The translations under genes and the position numbers were made by a program. DNA of 64,000 nt. It comes from Mizuhopecten yessoensis. Its lineage: Eukaryota. Position 1 is the first letter of the stretch. Every line of letters begins with the position of its first letter. The notes beneath the pieces are model-generated. The model did no database searches. It had not been told where the DNA came from and saw only the letters and a program-made list of their open reading frames with translations. This document shows, in pieces, positions 25,560-38,804 of this stretch. The stretch spans positions 415,446 through 479,445 of the forward strand of contig NW_018405529.1 of NCBI RefSeq assembly GCF_002113885.1. Reading direction: 5' to 3'.

Positions 25560-27683
25560 TCATTCCTTATTTTTATCAAGATGGCTGTCACTCAGATCCT
25601 TTATTGGTTTTCCAAGATAGTCGATCAGCTGTTTAAATATGTCTTGTCTTGTCGTTAAGGATATGAAACATTTGAGTCGTAAATACGCCCTGATTTCACT
25701 CATTCCTACGTCATCTGTGCCTACATTGTCCATGTTTATTATTTCGATAGCTTTGTTACTCTTCCAGGCTATCTTAAACTCCATTCGCATCCAAACTGAC
25801 TCTGTTTTACTGTAGGTTTCTGATAAAATACATAAAAATGTTCTCGATTGTTGTACAGCAACTTTGATCTCTTCTTCCCAAAGATTTCCAACCGACATAT
25901 CCCTACCGGGTACAAAAGTTGTGAAATTCGAACTATGTAATATTCTAAGTAGATAGTCCATAACAAATCTTCGAGAATCATCATCATTTTCATCAAAAGA
26001 AACGAAAACGTCATATTTGCATGTACATCCATCATCTTTTACAATCTTTCTCCTAAATTTTCTCAGCAAAAGTTTGATTTCAAGATGAAATAGAGATCCG
26101 ACAGCTGCTGCCGTTAGTGATATTAATGCTAAACCCAGACATGTCGACAATATAATTGTTAAAACTGTATTTATGTGGGAGTTATCACAGTCCACTAAGA
26201 ATGGCCCAGCCAGTTCCACAAGCGTCTTACTGTCTCCGTTTCTAATGTTTTCACAGAACAACGGATTTAGAAAGTGTACAGTTCCTCTCTCACGCCACTC
26301 CCCTATCCAGGTATTGTTGCACGTACATTCTATTCCATTATCTCCTAAGAGTACATGGTTTGGATCTAAGAGCTGGAATGATTTCGGTAGATCTTTTAGG
26401 TTGTGCTTGTCCAAATCCAGTTTTGATAACGAGACAAGAGATTTCCCCACTTCGCTATCAATAGCGTTCACACCGTTGTCTGATAAATCCAGTATACGAA
26501 GTCTGTGCATATAGACTCTGTGTTCTAAACGTTGCACGTCATTATTTGCCATCAGAAGTTCTACTAAAAAGGCACTTTCCGGAAGTGCCATGGGCATTTG
26601 CTGCATCTCTGTAAACGAACAGTTCACGATGATCCGCCACTGTGTCGGTTGCTCAATACATGTACAAAATTTTGGACAATTAATACGAATATTACAAATC
26701 ATCCGGTCGTATGTCTCCGGATCGTTCATATCTAATGTTGAGTTACCTTGATTTGAACATGCGAGACCGCTCATAGTTGGAATCATGGTTATAACTTTCC
26801 AATTAGATTCCAGGTATAGTGCTACGTTACAGTCGCAAGTTAGAGTAACATTTTGCAAATCATATACACCTGTTGGTACCATTAATGGTATGTACTGTAT
26901 CAGATGAGGATCCTTTTTTAAAAGAAAGGAGAACATATCCTCTTCCATGGAACAACCTGTGAACGAAATATCTCCAGAATTGTAGCGCTTATCCGAGTCA
27001 ATCGTGATGTTATTGGTGTTGGTAAAATGCCCATTTAGAGCATTTTCAAAATTCATTTTGCAGAAAAGATGATTTTCTCTCATGACATTTGTAATATCAA
27101 TAGTTTCAAAAACGTTATTTGAAAAGTCAACGTAGAATATATTCGTCATATTTCCGGTAAACGCATTAGCGTCCAAATTTTTCATGCTATTGTTTGATAA
27201 ATCTAGCACGCGTAAATCGGGCATTTCCATGAACGTCATATTTGAGATGCGCTTAATTTTATTCCCAGCCAAAATCAATGTATCCAATTGCTTAAGGCAG
27301 TGAATTTCATCAATCGTTTCGATAAGATTGTCGGTGAAATCGATCTTCACAAGATTTTTGAAATCACAAATGTTTCTGGGGAGGGAGCGCAACCGTTGAC
27401 CGGTGTAAATGGCTTGGTAACGCTTATAGGTGCTGTTGGTTGGATAATAGATCAATTCAGCTGATGCTTTACCTAAACTGGTGTATTCTACATATACATT
27501 TCCCAGCGACTCCAGTCCTAGCTCCCATGTTGGTCTGGAAAAACAGCTACAACACCTGTCATCGGTACAATTCTTGTTACAAAGTAAGTCTTTTGGTGGT
27601 CCAATATCCGGCGTCCAATCTTCGTATGGGAAACAAACCACCATCGGAATAAAAAACAACAGAACTCTCCTAGTTAAATACAT
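25560..27683 (-). CDS. Toll-like receptor, multi-cysteine-cluster (protostome) type, single coding exon, ~707 aa
   Basis: The ORF has a signal-like N-terminus at M56 (MYLTRRVLLFFIPMVVCF), LRRs (LDTLILAGNKI, LRVLDLSNNSM), an internal LRRCT/LRRNT pair (TCDC...CPKFCTC), more LRRs, an LRRCT (ECTCNNTW), a transmembrane helix and a TIR domain (YDVFVSF, RD..G, SR...ILS, W...EF). Confidence 0.95.
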   Translation of the reverse strand: MYLTRRVLLFFIPMVVCFPYEDWTPDIGPPKDLLCNKNCTDDRCCSCFSRPTWELGLESLGNVYVEYTSLGKASAELIYYPTNSTYKRYQAIYTGQRLRSLPRNICDFKNLVKIDFTDNLIETIDEIHCLKQLDTLILAGNKIKRISNMTFMEMPDLRVLDLSNNSMKNLDANAFTGNMTNIFYVDFSNNVFETIDITNVMRENHLFCKMNFENALNGHFTNTNNITIDSDKRYNSGDISFTGCSMEEDMFSFLLKKDPHLIQYIPLMVPTGVYDLQNVTLTCDCNVALYLESNWKVITMIPTMSGLACSNQGNSTLDMNDPETYDRMICNIRINCPKFCTCIEQPTQWRIIVNCSFTEMQQMPMALPESAFLVELLMANNDVQRLEHRVYMHRLRILDLSDNGVNAIDSEVGKSLVSLSKLDLDKHNLKDLPKSFQLLDPNHVLLGDNGIECTCNNTWIGEWRERGTVHFLNPLFCENIRNGDSKTLVELAGPFLVDCDNSHINTVLTIILSTCLGLALISLTAAAVGSLFHLEIKLLLRKFRRKIVKDDGCTCKYDVFVSFDENDDDSRRFVMDYLLRILHSSNFTTFVPGRDMSVGNLWEEEIKVAVQQSRTFLCILSETYSKTESVWMRMEFKIAWKSNKAIEIINMDNVGTDDVGMSEIRAYLRLKCFISLTTRQDIFKQLIDYLGKPIKDLSDSHLDKNKE

Positions 27684-27889
27684 ATTTACACTACACGTTA
27701 TATCGGAATGAAATTGTTCTCGACTGATGCAACGCTCAACGAATGAATGGTCAGTGTCCGACCGACTTACCAGTAGGGAACCCAGGTACTTATCACAGAA
27801 AGGAGAACATTGAAGGGGATACTTGATTCGGTGAAGAACACGTCCCATAAATCCAAATGTGTCAATATAACGTGATTTACATCCTAGTA

Positions 27890-27899
27890 GGGGTTTTCC
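27890..27899. promoter_or_regulatory. NF-kB-like site upstream of the TLR
   Basis: GGGGTTTTCC matches the GGGRNNYYCC consensus, ~210 bp 5' of the likely ATG. A CCAAT motif is at ~27928. Confidence 0.4.
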
Positions 27900-28259
27900 A
27901 GATACGTTTAACTGGATATGATTTCGGCCAATCAGAGCAGCGGCGGCCGTATTGGATGGTTAATGCGGAAAAGTAAGAGTCAGATGCACAATAATATGCA
28001 TATAGTGGCGCGCTGTCCTTTAGCGATCCAAACCCAGTAGATCAAAACCGGTAGTGTGCGCAAATTATTTCCGGAAACAAAAACACAATGTAAAAGCTTC
28101 TTATTTATATCAAAATAGTGTTATCTTTACACAAACAGCGAGATTAGACTGTGCTACGTTTCCACACCGACTGGTGTCATTGTCAAGCTACGTGTAATTA
28201 TAAGTGACGGTAAATTGTAGAAGGTGAGCACAACTATAGGTTCGGGCGAAATGGCTTCC

Positions 28260-29770
28260 ATCTATTAAAAGTGAAGTAGTAGAACTTGTACTATGTATAA
28301 AGACCTTTATCTCTACAACTGTATTATGTCACAGACTGACGGCATTACACATATTGGTATTTTATTAAACTCTAAACAGAACTCTTTTGAGAGAACAACA
28401 CGTGGATGTAATAAGTAAAGATCGGGTACGATGTCCGTTATTCGTTCCGGTGCACATCCTTGTGCTCTCAAACCCTTAACAGTGGCGAAGTTTATCAAAA
28501 TTAAAGCTTATCCATCCGCCTTATACGGGTGCGAGCTTTGGCAATTGACAAAAATCGAAATAATAATGTTAGAAAGAGCACAACATGTTATTGTTAAATC
28601 TATTCAAGGGTTTGAAAAAAGAACCAGAACTGACATGTGTACATCCTTATTTGGTTGGACCTCTATTGCGGCATATATAGACATTAGAACATTATTATTC
28701 TTGTGAAGATTGTGTAAAAGGAAACCAATGTCTCTTGTTTCTAAAGATTTTATTACCAGACATCTTTTTGTTTCGGCTACGTAGACCAGAACGGATTCAT
28801 CCCCGACATAGTCAATATTAAAAAAGTATTCGTTGCATCAAAATCTAGGAAAGTTTGTTGAAACTGGAATCTTTCGAAAGAACGTATGAAAGTTGAGAAT
28901 GATTTTACATGTTTTCGAGAACTACATAACCAACTCAAACCTGATACTTTATGGAAGCTAGCGCTTCGATTTCCTCAATACAGAGAATATATACAATATA
29001 TAATGACAATAGTTGTAACCATCCGTAGCCTGATTACCATGGAATTATGTCATAAATGTGGGGTTTTATATCAAGCCCCAATGACACATCTAGTGCTACA
29101 GTGTACTTATACGTCCGAGTTGAGGGACCAACTATGGTGCTGTATAATTAATATCAAGGATATACTGTTTAGTGTCTATTTACACTCTCTCCCAGATCTT
29201 GAGATATTACACGTAATGATTGGAGGAAATATAAACTACAAAATTAGTGAAGAAGAGTTGAATGATACTGGATAAAATCCATCATTTATGTGTACAAGAT
29301 GTGTAAACTATATTATACTTAATGTATATAACAGTTATGATTAAAAGTTAAATACATACATATCTGATGTAGAATTTTGTATAAGTTGCATTTAGCAAAA
29401 TATATCACATGAGATACTATATGAACTATACTACATATTAAGATGCATGGGAGTATACATGTGTGGGCCCGTAACACCTCGCAGGTGGGGATATCCCCCA
29501 CCCTTGTGTGATCCAGACCCACAAATGTATCCTCCGCGTTTATAGTTTGTATAATACAATAAATGTCTTTATTGCATGTATTTACAAATACAACGATACA
29601 TTGAAAATATTCTATTAATTTAAACTGTATATACACATCCCTATATATAAAGTGTATATTTATGTAATGCATATTATGTAATCGTGTATATATGTACCAA
29701 ATACTTTGTATATATGTTCCACATTACTTTGTAATCTTCATCTTTGGAGGCAATAAAGAAAAAATAATAC
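28260..29770 (+). mobile_element. Decayed 5'-truncated non-LTR retrotransposon (post-RT C-terminal region and 3' UTR)
   Basis: Broken ORFs 28431-28706 (PSALYGCELW...LERAQ...KSIQG) and 28886-29275 (CHKC...THLVLQC). The sequence gcaataaagaaaaa lies at ~29750. Confidence 0.8.
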
Positions 29771-29877
29771 AACTTATATAATGACGTTTGTTGGCCGAGA
29801 TGGAAACGCTCAGCCGGGGGTTTAAGGTAAAGCGCACCACTGTATGAGTTGTCGCCGGACTGTGAAGAAGAGTTCTA

Positions 29878-29879
<2 letters not shown>

Positions 29880-29908
<29 letters not shown>

Positions 29909-30511
29909 NNNNNNNNNNNNNNNNNNNNNNNNNNNNNNNNNNNNNNNNNNNNNNNNNNNNNNNNNNNNNNNNNNNNNNNNNNNNNNNNNNNNNNNNNNNN
30001 NNNNNNNNNNNNNNNNNNNNNNNNNNNNNNNNNNNNNNNNNNNNNNNNNNNNNNNNNNNNNNNNNNNNNNNNNNNNNNNNNNNNNNNNNNNNNNNNNNNN
30101 NNNNNNNNNNNNNNNNNNNNNNNNNNNNNNNNNNNNNNNNNNNNNNNNNNNNNNNNNNNNNNNNNNNNNNNNNNNNNNNNNNNNNNNNNNNNNNNNNNNN
30201 NNNNNNNNNNNNNNNNNNNNNNNNNNNNNNNNNNNNNNNNNNNNNNNNNNNNNNNNNNNNNNNNNNNNNNNNNNNNNNNNNNNNNNNNNNNNNNNNNNNN
30301 NNNNNNNNNNNNNNNNNNNNNNNNNNNNNNNNNNNNNNNNNNNNNNNNNNNNNNNNNNNNNNNNNNNNNNNNNNNNNNNNNNNNNNNNNNNNNNNNNNNN
30401 NNNNNNNNNNNNNNNNNNNNNNNNNNNNNNNNNNNNNNNNNNNNNNNNNNNNNNNNNNNNNNNNNNNNNNNNNNNNNNNNNNNNNNNNNNNNNNNNNNNN
30501 NNNNNNNNNNN
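29880..30511. other. (GA)n microsatellite followed by an assembly gap
   Basis: GA run at 29880-29908, then Ns at 29909-30511. Confidence 0.97.
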
Positions 30512-31502
30512 TTCCATACTTTCAACTATTCAACAGTTCGTCACGTCCCGTGCTTTGTGTCTTTCTCCTTTTCATTCCATCCTTTCTCGAAAATTCGTTT
30601 CTACCGCACTGGCTGTAACTGAATGGCCCATCACATGCCTATATTACATACATTCAAGCACACGCACACTTCTTGCATTCACGCTCTCGTGCACTTAAAA
30701 GAAAGTTAAACATTACAGAGGATTACTAAAATAATAAGGAACACACAAGTGTACGTTAGAGTCACTTGTCATGAATAGTCGAGTGCATGGTACATTGACA
30801 TGAAAACATATGCTATTGATTTACCCACCTACTAACACGTGACTTTTTTCAACTTCTGCAAGTCATATTCTATATATTGGTTTAGAGCGCATGTCTGCTT
30901 AGATATATATATTTATATATATAATTTGTTAACTTACCCGTTTTATGTACTTGTTCGAAATTTGTATTTTCGTGTTCATTTCTGCTCTTCCATAAACGAC
31001 ATCTCCCAACACACGGCGGTCGTCCGTGTATAATGCGATCACATACATACACGGAAATTACGTGTAATTTTGATACGGGTGGTGTAATTTGTACATATGT
31101 AATATATCCGTACACATTTTAAAACAGTGACTTGTACACGGACTTTTTGAACATATAATTTGTTTTCCACCAGGTATGAGTATGATATCTGCCATATACG
31201 TATGCGTATATGTTGCGTATACGTATACGTGTTATCTGGAAAAAGCCTAGTATGGCCATTTGTTTGAATAGGATTTATGAAGTCATATAACTGGGTTGTA
31301 CCTTTTCAAATACGAGTGTTGACTTCCCAAAGTTGTCTTCCTGTAGTTTTTTCATATTGATTGTACTTCACATACATTGTACGATCATATAGCACAAATC
31401 GGGACGAGGACAAGCAATAATTTTACCAAGGACCGCCCCGAGAGATAAAACCATATATTTTACGTTATAACAATTATTTACGACCCTGTATAAAGTAGAG
31501 AT

Positions 31503-33002
31503 CCGGTGTAACGTTGAAAATGGTCCCCCTTTGAAAATGGAACCGGGATCAGTTTTCAACGTTGAAAATTGAACCGGGAAGCCATTGAAAAAGAAACCTA
31601 ACGCAAAATGATTTTTACATATACGTTGAAAATGGACCCCCTTTAAAAATGAACCATAAGAAAAATGTATATATTGATTTTAAATATCCACTAAGAATAT
31701 ACTTAAAGAAAGTCCTGCGCCTTATTTCTGGATTTTAACCCAGTATGGATGTCTGACCTAATAAGGTCAATATGACCTTCTTTTGGAAATTTGACCTACA
31801 TTATGAAAAGTTGTCATCGGGTTAAGAATTAAACGTTAAAATGTAGTTTGACCGAATTGGGTCACTGTGACCTACATTAGCAAAAATGGTCGTAGGGATC
31901 AGAAATTAATATTTAACAGATGTTAGACAAAATTAGGTCACTGTGACCAAATTTATATATTGAATGTGTTAATATGGCCCCGGGTCCTTATTCCACGTTG
32001 AAAATTGACCCCAGAAAATCATGAAACCTTTTAACATTCAATTGTCAAAAAGTGACCCGGGTCCATATTCAATGTTGAAAATGGACCCCTGAAAATTGTT
32101 ACAGTTGCTCAAATTCAATAGTCAAAAAGTGACATAGGTACTTATTCAACGTAGAAAATGGACACCAGAAAAATATGACACAAGTCCAATGTCAAAATGT
32201 AGCCCCGGGTCCATATAAAAAGGTGAAAATGGATCCCAGAAACATAATGTCGTTTTTGTATGTTCAATTGTCGAAAATGGTCGTGGGTCCATATTCAATG
32301 TTTAATACTGACCCCAGAACATTATGACACCTTCTTATATTTAGGTATCACAGCAAATGACGGGGGTCCATATTCAATGTTGAAAATGGACCCCTGAAAA
32401 TATTACAGTTTTCCATATTCAATTGTCGAAAAAGGACAAATGTCCTTATTCAACGTTGAAAATGGATCCCAGAAACATTATGTCGTTTTTATATATTCAA
32501 TTGTCGAAAATGGTCGTGGGTCGATATTTAACTTTATACCTAATTAGGTAAAACAACAGTTTTAAGTACATTTCTAAACCAAATGGCAGTTTTGAATAAT
32601 ATAGGTCAATTTTTTAAAAGTAGGTCACATTGATCTAATTATTTGAAACAGCAATTCCGAGTTCATTTTTGAACCCAAAGACACATTATAGTAATCTAGG
32701 TAAATTCTTCAAAAGTAGGTAATTTTTTCCTAATTAAGGTAACCAGAAAATTTCTGTTAGTGTATTTCAAATAATTGGAAATAGGTCACACTGACCTGAT
32801 TTGGTTAGACGATGGGCGCATAGGTACATGTGATCATTTTGGTAATTTTGACAAATTAAGGGTCCGTTTTCAACGGATTAGTTTTCAACGGCCTATGCGT
32901 AGAAAATTGACCTCTTATAGGGTCCATTTTCAACGGGAGAGTCAGTTTTCAACAGTTCCCCAGTTCCATTTTCAACGGGGTCGATTTTCACCGTTACACC
33001 GG
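31503..33002. mobile_element. Non-autonomous TIR element with internal ~75-bp tandem repeats
   Basis: TIRs ccggtgtaacgttgaaaat and attttcaccgttacaccgg. Subterminal aacgttgaaaatggacccc motifs are in opposite orientation at the two ends, with an internal array at ~31980-32520. Confidence 0.85.
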
Positions 33003-34226
33003 CACAAATCACCCACCCAAGCACAATCCTCGATTCTGACACTAGTAATAGTGTTCTTCCCACGCCTATCAGTACACTGTTGAGCACTTCAAACATTGTC
33101 AAACGATCTAGACCTCTCAACCATTGGTTATTATAAAGGATTTCACTTAGGTTAGTTTTATGACATGGATATTTTCATAAGTTGGAAACCCTACTCCACC
33201 CGAATTAAAATGTACCAGGTGATGTGCAAGGAAATAAAATGATACTTCAGTCATAGTTTCTACAATTGTGATTATTTCTCGATGTCAACATGACCGCTTG
33301 TTACACCAATACTGCTATGTTACATACTTACTACTATCACACTCGGACTACTTCTAGACCCAGTTTGCTTATTCACGTAGCGGCACCAGGCTTATATGAT
33401 ATCTGAAAATTGCTAAAAGATTTCTGGAAAGCCTTGAACCTAAATTATTGTCAAACATAAATGATATTAAATCCCTTGACGTTTCACACTGTAGTCCAAC
33501 ATTTCGCATGCGAGCTTCAATAACGTCTTCACACTGTATACCACAATTCGGCATGTTAAAGTCCCCGTACTGATTTATATATATATTCTATTCTTAATAC
33601 TATTTTTTTGTTTGTGAATTTTCGGAATTAGTTTAATGAATGACCTCTCTAAAATTGCTAGGAAAATTTCAACCAAGGTGCACTGGAAACACCCTAAGCC
33701 TGTGAGGATGAAAGTTAATAAATGACGGGGATGACCCTTTATGTGGTAGAGAGATGGGGTCAAAAAGGATAATTTTATCTCAATTGATTAAAACGACTCT
33801 TCTTCCCAAACTGCTGGGAAAATTTAAACCAAGATGTGGTAGTACCATCATTCTGTGTACTATTCTGCCAAATTAATGGGAAGAATCCAACCTCACTTCC
33901 AAATTAGCCAGGTGAGCGATATGGTTAGCATTTACGAAATGTATGATCTTGGTAAGGGCCGATATAAACATAACAAATCGTCCGGTTTACCTCCATATAC
34001 ATGTCATATACTAGTATATATTAAAATCAAATGGTGTTGTCCAGAATGGTTTTATACTTAGTGTTTTATTAGATATACATATTGGTAAAATTTTAGCCAA
34101 GGTGGTTATTCCGACATTAAATTGGATTTTAGTTATAAGGGATACTGAACATCGAAAACTATGACAATGAGAATAAATACTAATAACTTTATTGTCACAC
34201 AACTTTTCAAATTGAAATTCAACTCT

Positions 34227-35714
34227 TCATCCAATAATTTCATGTCCTATTCCGGCATCCGATCTGAAATGTTATATGGTTGGAAAAAAAATAATATACC
34301 GATATGCACATTTTCGACGATGCGTTTAGAAGAAGTAGTCTGAAATTGATGTAACAGTCGGGTCAAATCTTTTACTTTGTCAAAGACTACGTTTGTGTCT
34401 TGATGAATAACTATTTCATGACACGACAGAGTAACAGCTGGAATACCTTCAAGTACCGAACTCAAATACATTACTGTTTTTTTTCTAAATGACCATGTTA
34501 ACTCTACAAGCCTGAACTGAGATGTATAGATTTTAATACTCTCCGTTACATATATTAACAAAGGGAGGACTCCACGTAACGTTTGTATGGTTTTATTTGT
34601 GTGTGCGCTTTCATTTAATAAAAATAAATGTGACTTAAAATATGAGACACGCACCTCTTTTTGCAAATAAAATGTCTCAGTGAATGACAAGGCACATCTA
34701 CCCAGCGAAAATCCACACCCTCACTTAGACAAACACAATCTTCTCCTGCCCCGGCATTTTGGGGCTCTGTGGGTCCCCAGTCCATGTATTCCACCGGATC
34801 TTCAGTCTTCGGCCAAATCCATTGTCCCTCTACCACTATATCAGTGGCACTCATGTAGTAACATCCTAAATACATAACCACCATTTCAGTCGTTTAGAAT
34901 TCATTGGGCTCTAAATTTTACTGATATGTGTCATCGATATAGTAATAAAACTGTCAAAACAGTAAGGAATTCGAATTATTTTAATGTTCTTGATATGATG
35001 AAATTTAACCAGTTTTTATATATTATATTGCGTTAAGGAACACTTTTTGATATAATCAGTATTCGCGTCATTGGAGCAATTTAATTGCTTAGTACTTACC
35101 ATGGGCGTGTTTTAGATGTAGTTGGGATTTTATAAAATTATTCTCCCTCTCATCAAAGATGTCCGCCAAAGAAGCATGGAGTATATTACAGTGAAACTGA
35201 AATATATGTTACTACAGAATTAATGTTTACGATTTTGGTATTAAATAGTATGCTATCTCTTTGGAGATACAGGGTCATTACAATATTCCTGTTGGGATTG
35301 ACGTATTCCATTATTACATATTTAAGTAGACAATCATAATTCTGTTTCGTACATTGTATGTTGTGAAAGATAATGTGATTGCTAACCTTGCTTCACTCAA
35401 TGTTTCCATCTCGGTTGTGACAAACAGATAGCATGACTCTTCGTAGTACGACCATCCAGCTTTACATTGACCAGACTGTGTGGTGTCACATGAAAAACCT
35501 AAAATTCAACATTCAATCCAATGACAAACAATCTTTTAAGAATTTTAAGAATTAAACACTGAAATTCAGAAACTCAAGTTAGATATCTCGAATAAACGAA
35601 ACAGAGCGACGAACGTCTTCTGTGATAAGGCATTAATACTGATGTATTAATACAAATTATACCTTCTTTCCAAGCTAGAGTCAAAATCACCAAACAAAGA
35701 ACCCGTAGCTCCAT
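34227..35714 (-). CDS. Secreted perlucin-like C-type lectin (single CTLD), 5 exons, with an apparent 1-nt frameshift at the exon 2/3 junction
   Basis: Exons 35714-35663 (MELRVLCLVILTLAWKE), 35498-35387 (CKAGWSYYEESCY), 35196-35100 (HC...ASLADI...ENNFI), 34865-34655 (ATDIVVEGQWIW...WGPTEPQN...EDC...WVDVPC...FICKK) and 34263-34227 (RSDAGIGHEIIG*). Confidence 0.85.
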
Positions 35715-38700
35715 ACCGAACACTACTGGCAAGACAATGTTTATCTTTTAAGTTATCGGATATACATATTTCGACCTGACACTTTCCTGATAAGCATTTG
35801 ATAGCAAGTTGTGACTCGAGGCATGTATACCATTAACGTCATAAAGCGTATAAGATATTGTATGCCTTTGTGTATTCAAAATACTTTGAGAATAATTTTC
35901 TCGATGACGTAAAGCACATTTGTCTTTGCACGTGGTCATTCGTTCTTAACGTGAAGACAATGTGTCCATGCTTTACATACCCTAGTTCAAAACATATATG
36001 CCATATGTTTTATTGACTCGTTATGTTATTTGGAAATTTTTCATTTATTGATTGAACGAACAACAATCGATGTTTCACACATATATCATCGAGTGAGGAC
36101 CTATCTTATCATCTCCATCGATATATCCGAAATTGACGGAAAGTGTATGTTACGAGTCCTCCTGATAAGCCCTTCAATCAGATCCGCCTATGAAAGCAAA
36201 GACATCTCGACATTCACTTCCCATCGGTATTCCTACACTCTACTAGAAAATCTTGGCATTCATAAGTACATTTCATCTTGGCATATGTTTTCAAAGAATA
36301 TGGTCCGAAATAACTCACAACTACAAAGCAGTATCGACGTAGTCTTTGTTGTAGAAAGAAGCTCTTATAATAAGAGCTAAGAGGCGTCTCTTTAGTTTGG
36401 TATGATAGTGTACAGAGTAAACAGACAAACATTCTGACAGCAAAAAGACATGATTAGACAAACTTGTTCCTGACTGGTCAACTAGGAATTGAAATTGTGC
36501 TTGCTATGTGCTAAAACAGTTATCATTATGACATCAACCAAATATGATGAAGAAAACGTTTACTCTGGTTAAACACCCGGTACTGTATCCTAATTCGTGA
36601 TGTCTCTTCATGATAAGTTTCTTATCTTGTCTTTTTCTTATCGACTTCTAATTCAGAATTTGTCCTAGTTTACTGATTACATAAATGTTTTATCAAAACG
36701 TGTGCAATACATGAACTGGTGACTCATAGAGCCTAAGAATGCATGGGCATAAGACAATTGGTTTCTAGTCCAGCATTCATTTCCGCTGGACGGGTATTTT
36801 TAAAACCAAAAATATTTTATTATCGAAGTCAAAAATTAATATAAATAAAACTATTTGATATTGATATTATCTGATGTTGTTACGATGATAAAACATTAAA
36901 CAGCACACTGAAGTGAGAAATGCATTTCGTAACGACAAGCAACAACATCTTAAGCAGCGCATTACTTATCAATATACGCAAATTTTATCATTCGCTTTTA
37001 TTACCGTTTTGTTTTCTACTTCCCTTATCGACCATTCGAAATATCCATGTAATAGCATCTTTGAGCTTGTGTTTGCCACTTTTAGACAGAAAAAAAGCAT
37101 TCGGTACACATAAATATACCAAATACATGAAACGTCATTTTAGCTGCCGTACAGTAGGATTGATGGCGTACAAAGGGGAGGAGCAAACGTTTTAATGAAA
37201 AATTAAAAGTATAATAATGATAAAGATTCCAATTATTCAAAATCAACATTTGTTCAGTGCCGATATGTGTTCAAGCTGTATCACCACATGGTTGAAGTCT
37301 GTACTTTATTGTGATAGTGAATTGTGATAATTAAAGTTTGCAATGAATTTTGGAAAATTGAATTAGTTGAAGGTCCCACAATAAACCGGTATTGCTTAAG
37401 ACACTTGAGCAAATACCACACCAACTATATGTGAAGCATGCTATCAACTACTATTGTCTCAAGCAAGATGTTATTATCTTAGTGACGCAATATCGCGATT
37501 CTTGTAAAATTTTGAACATCGATTCTGTGTTTGGAGTTTATATATGACGGTATAGTTCAACTGTATTACCATAAATGTCGAACATTTATCAGCTTTGCAA
37601 AAGAGATGCCATTTCAATTTGATTTTCATGCTGGATTTTATTTTCGTCACTTATTTGCGATCTTAATATCCTCATAGTATAGTACAGTAGCAGAATCATT
37701 AAATACAGGCAAGACAGTGTACTCAGAGATAGCGATGTTAACAGTGGATACTGCTAAACGTAAGGAGGGCCATACCAGACAATCATCAGATACTGAAGTG
37801 CTCTATCAACTGCAAGCAGTTGTGAAATCAGAAATCTATTTACCTCTTTCTCTATGTAGATGTTAGGTTATAAAAACCTTACTCGCGGCTAACCAACATT
37901 CACGTGGGGTTGGCCAGTTACACTGAGCTATTATGTGTTCTATTTATTACTTACTAAGCATAAAGCGTTTACTATTCAGTTAGTAATCAAGTCTCGGTTT
38001 AGGAAACATTGACCATAGAACTAGAAGAACAAACAAAATAGATGTAAATTTGTTATCGTTTAGTAAATCAAAATGGAATTCGACTCTTCATCCAACAACA
38101 TGATCTGTTCCAGCATCCAACCTGAAATATAAAACTTCAGTTGGTTCGTTTGTTTATGCTTCAAGTTCAATCTTAAAATAAGCACTGTGATGTAAAATTG
38201 GCATTGTTCCTTGTTAAATACTTTCTTTCAGTAAAGAAGAGATTAGCTTCAATTTGTTACCTTTTTTGTGTCGTATTTTAGAAAATACTCCTATATTATG
38301 CAAAAGACAAAAAACGTCACCTTATCGAATAGGTTTATTGATAGAGATATGGTGATTTACTTTGCTATAGTTAAAACTGATATGACTGTTTAAAAAAGTC
38401 AGAGACAAGCACCTCATTTTGCATATGAAATGCCTCGACGAACGACAAGGTACATCCCGCCATTGAAAACGATCACTGTCACCAAGACCCGGCGTTCTAT
38501 GGTTCAGTGGGTGCCCAGTCCGTGTAAACAACCCGAACACAAGTGTTTGACCAAATCCACTGTCCTTCGACTTCTATATCAGCGGCACTCATGTAGACAA
38601 AGCCTTAAAAAATAGCCATCAATTTCAATTGCTTATTTACCAGTATGAAAGATGTAATATATTATATTATATATATATGACGGAGCCTGCTATTAAGTAA

Positions 38701-38804
38701 TTAAAATAGCTAATAATATGATTTTTTATTGATTAAAAGATCATTTATATATAAACCAAGTTATCAAATGGGATATATAGCAATTGTTTTATAAGTGTGT
38801 AATT

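Noticed and set aside
27684-27848. First 55 codons of the 762-aa ORF as part of the TLR
   Set aside because: The signal-peptide-like sequence begins at M56 (27683), so the upstream part is more likely 5' UTR. Not proven.
29822-30698. ORFs of 216-284 aa
   Set aside because: Artefacts of the N gap.
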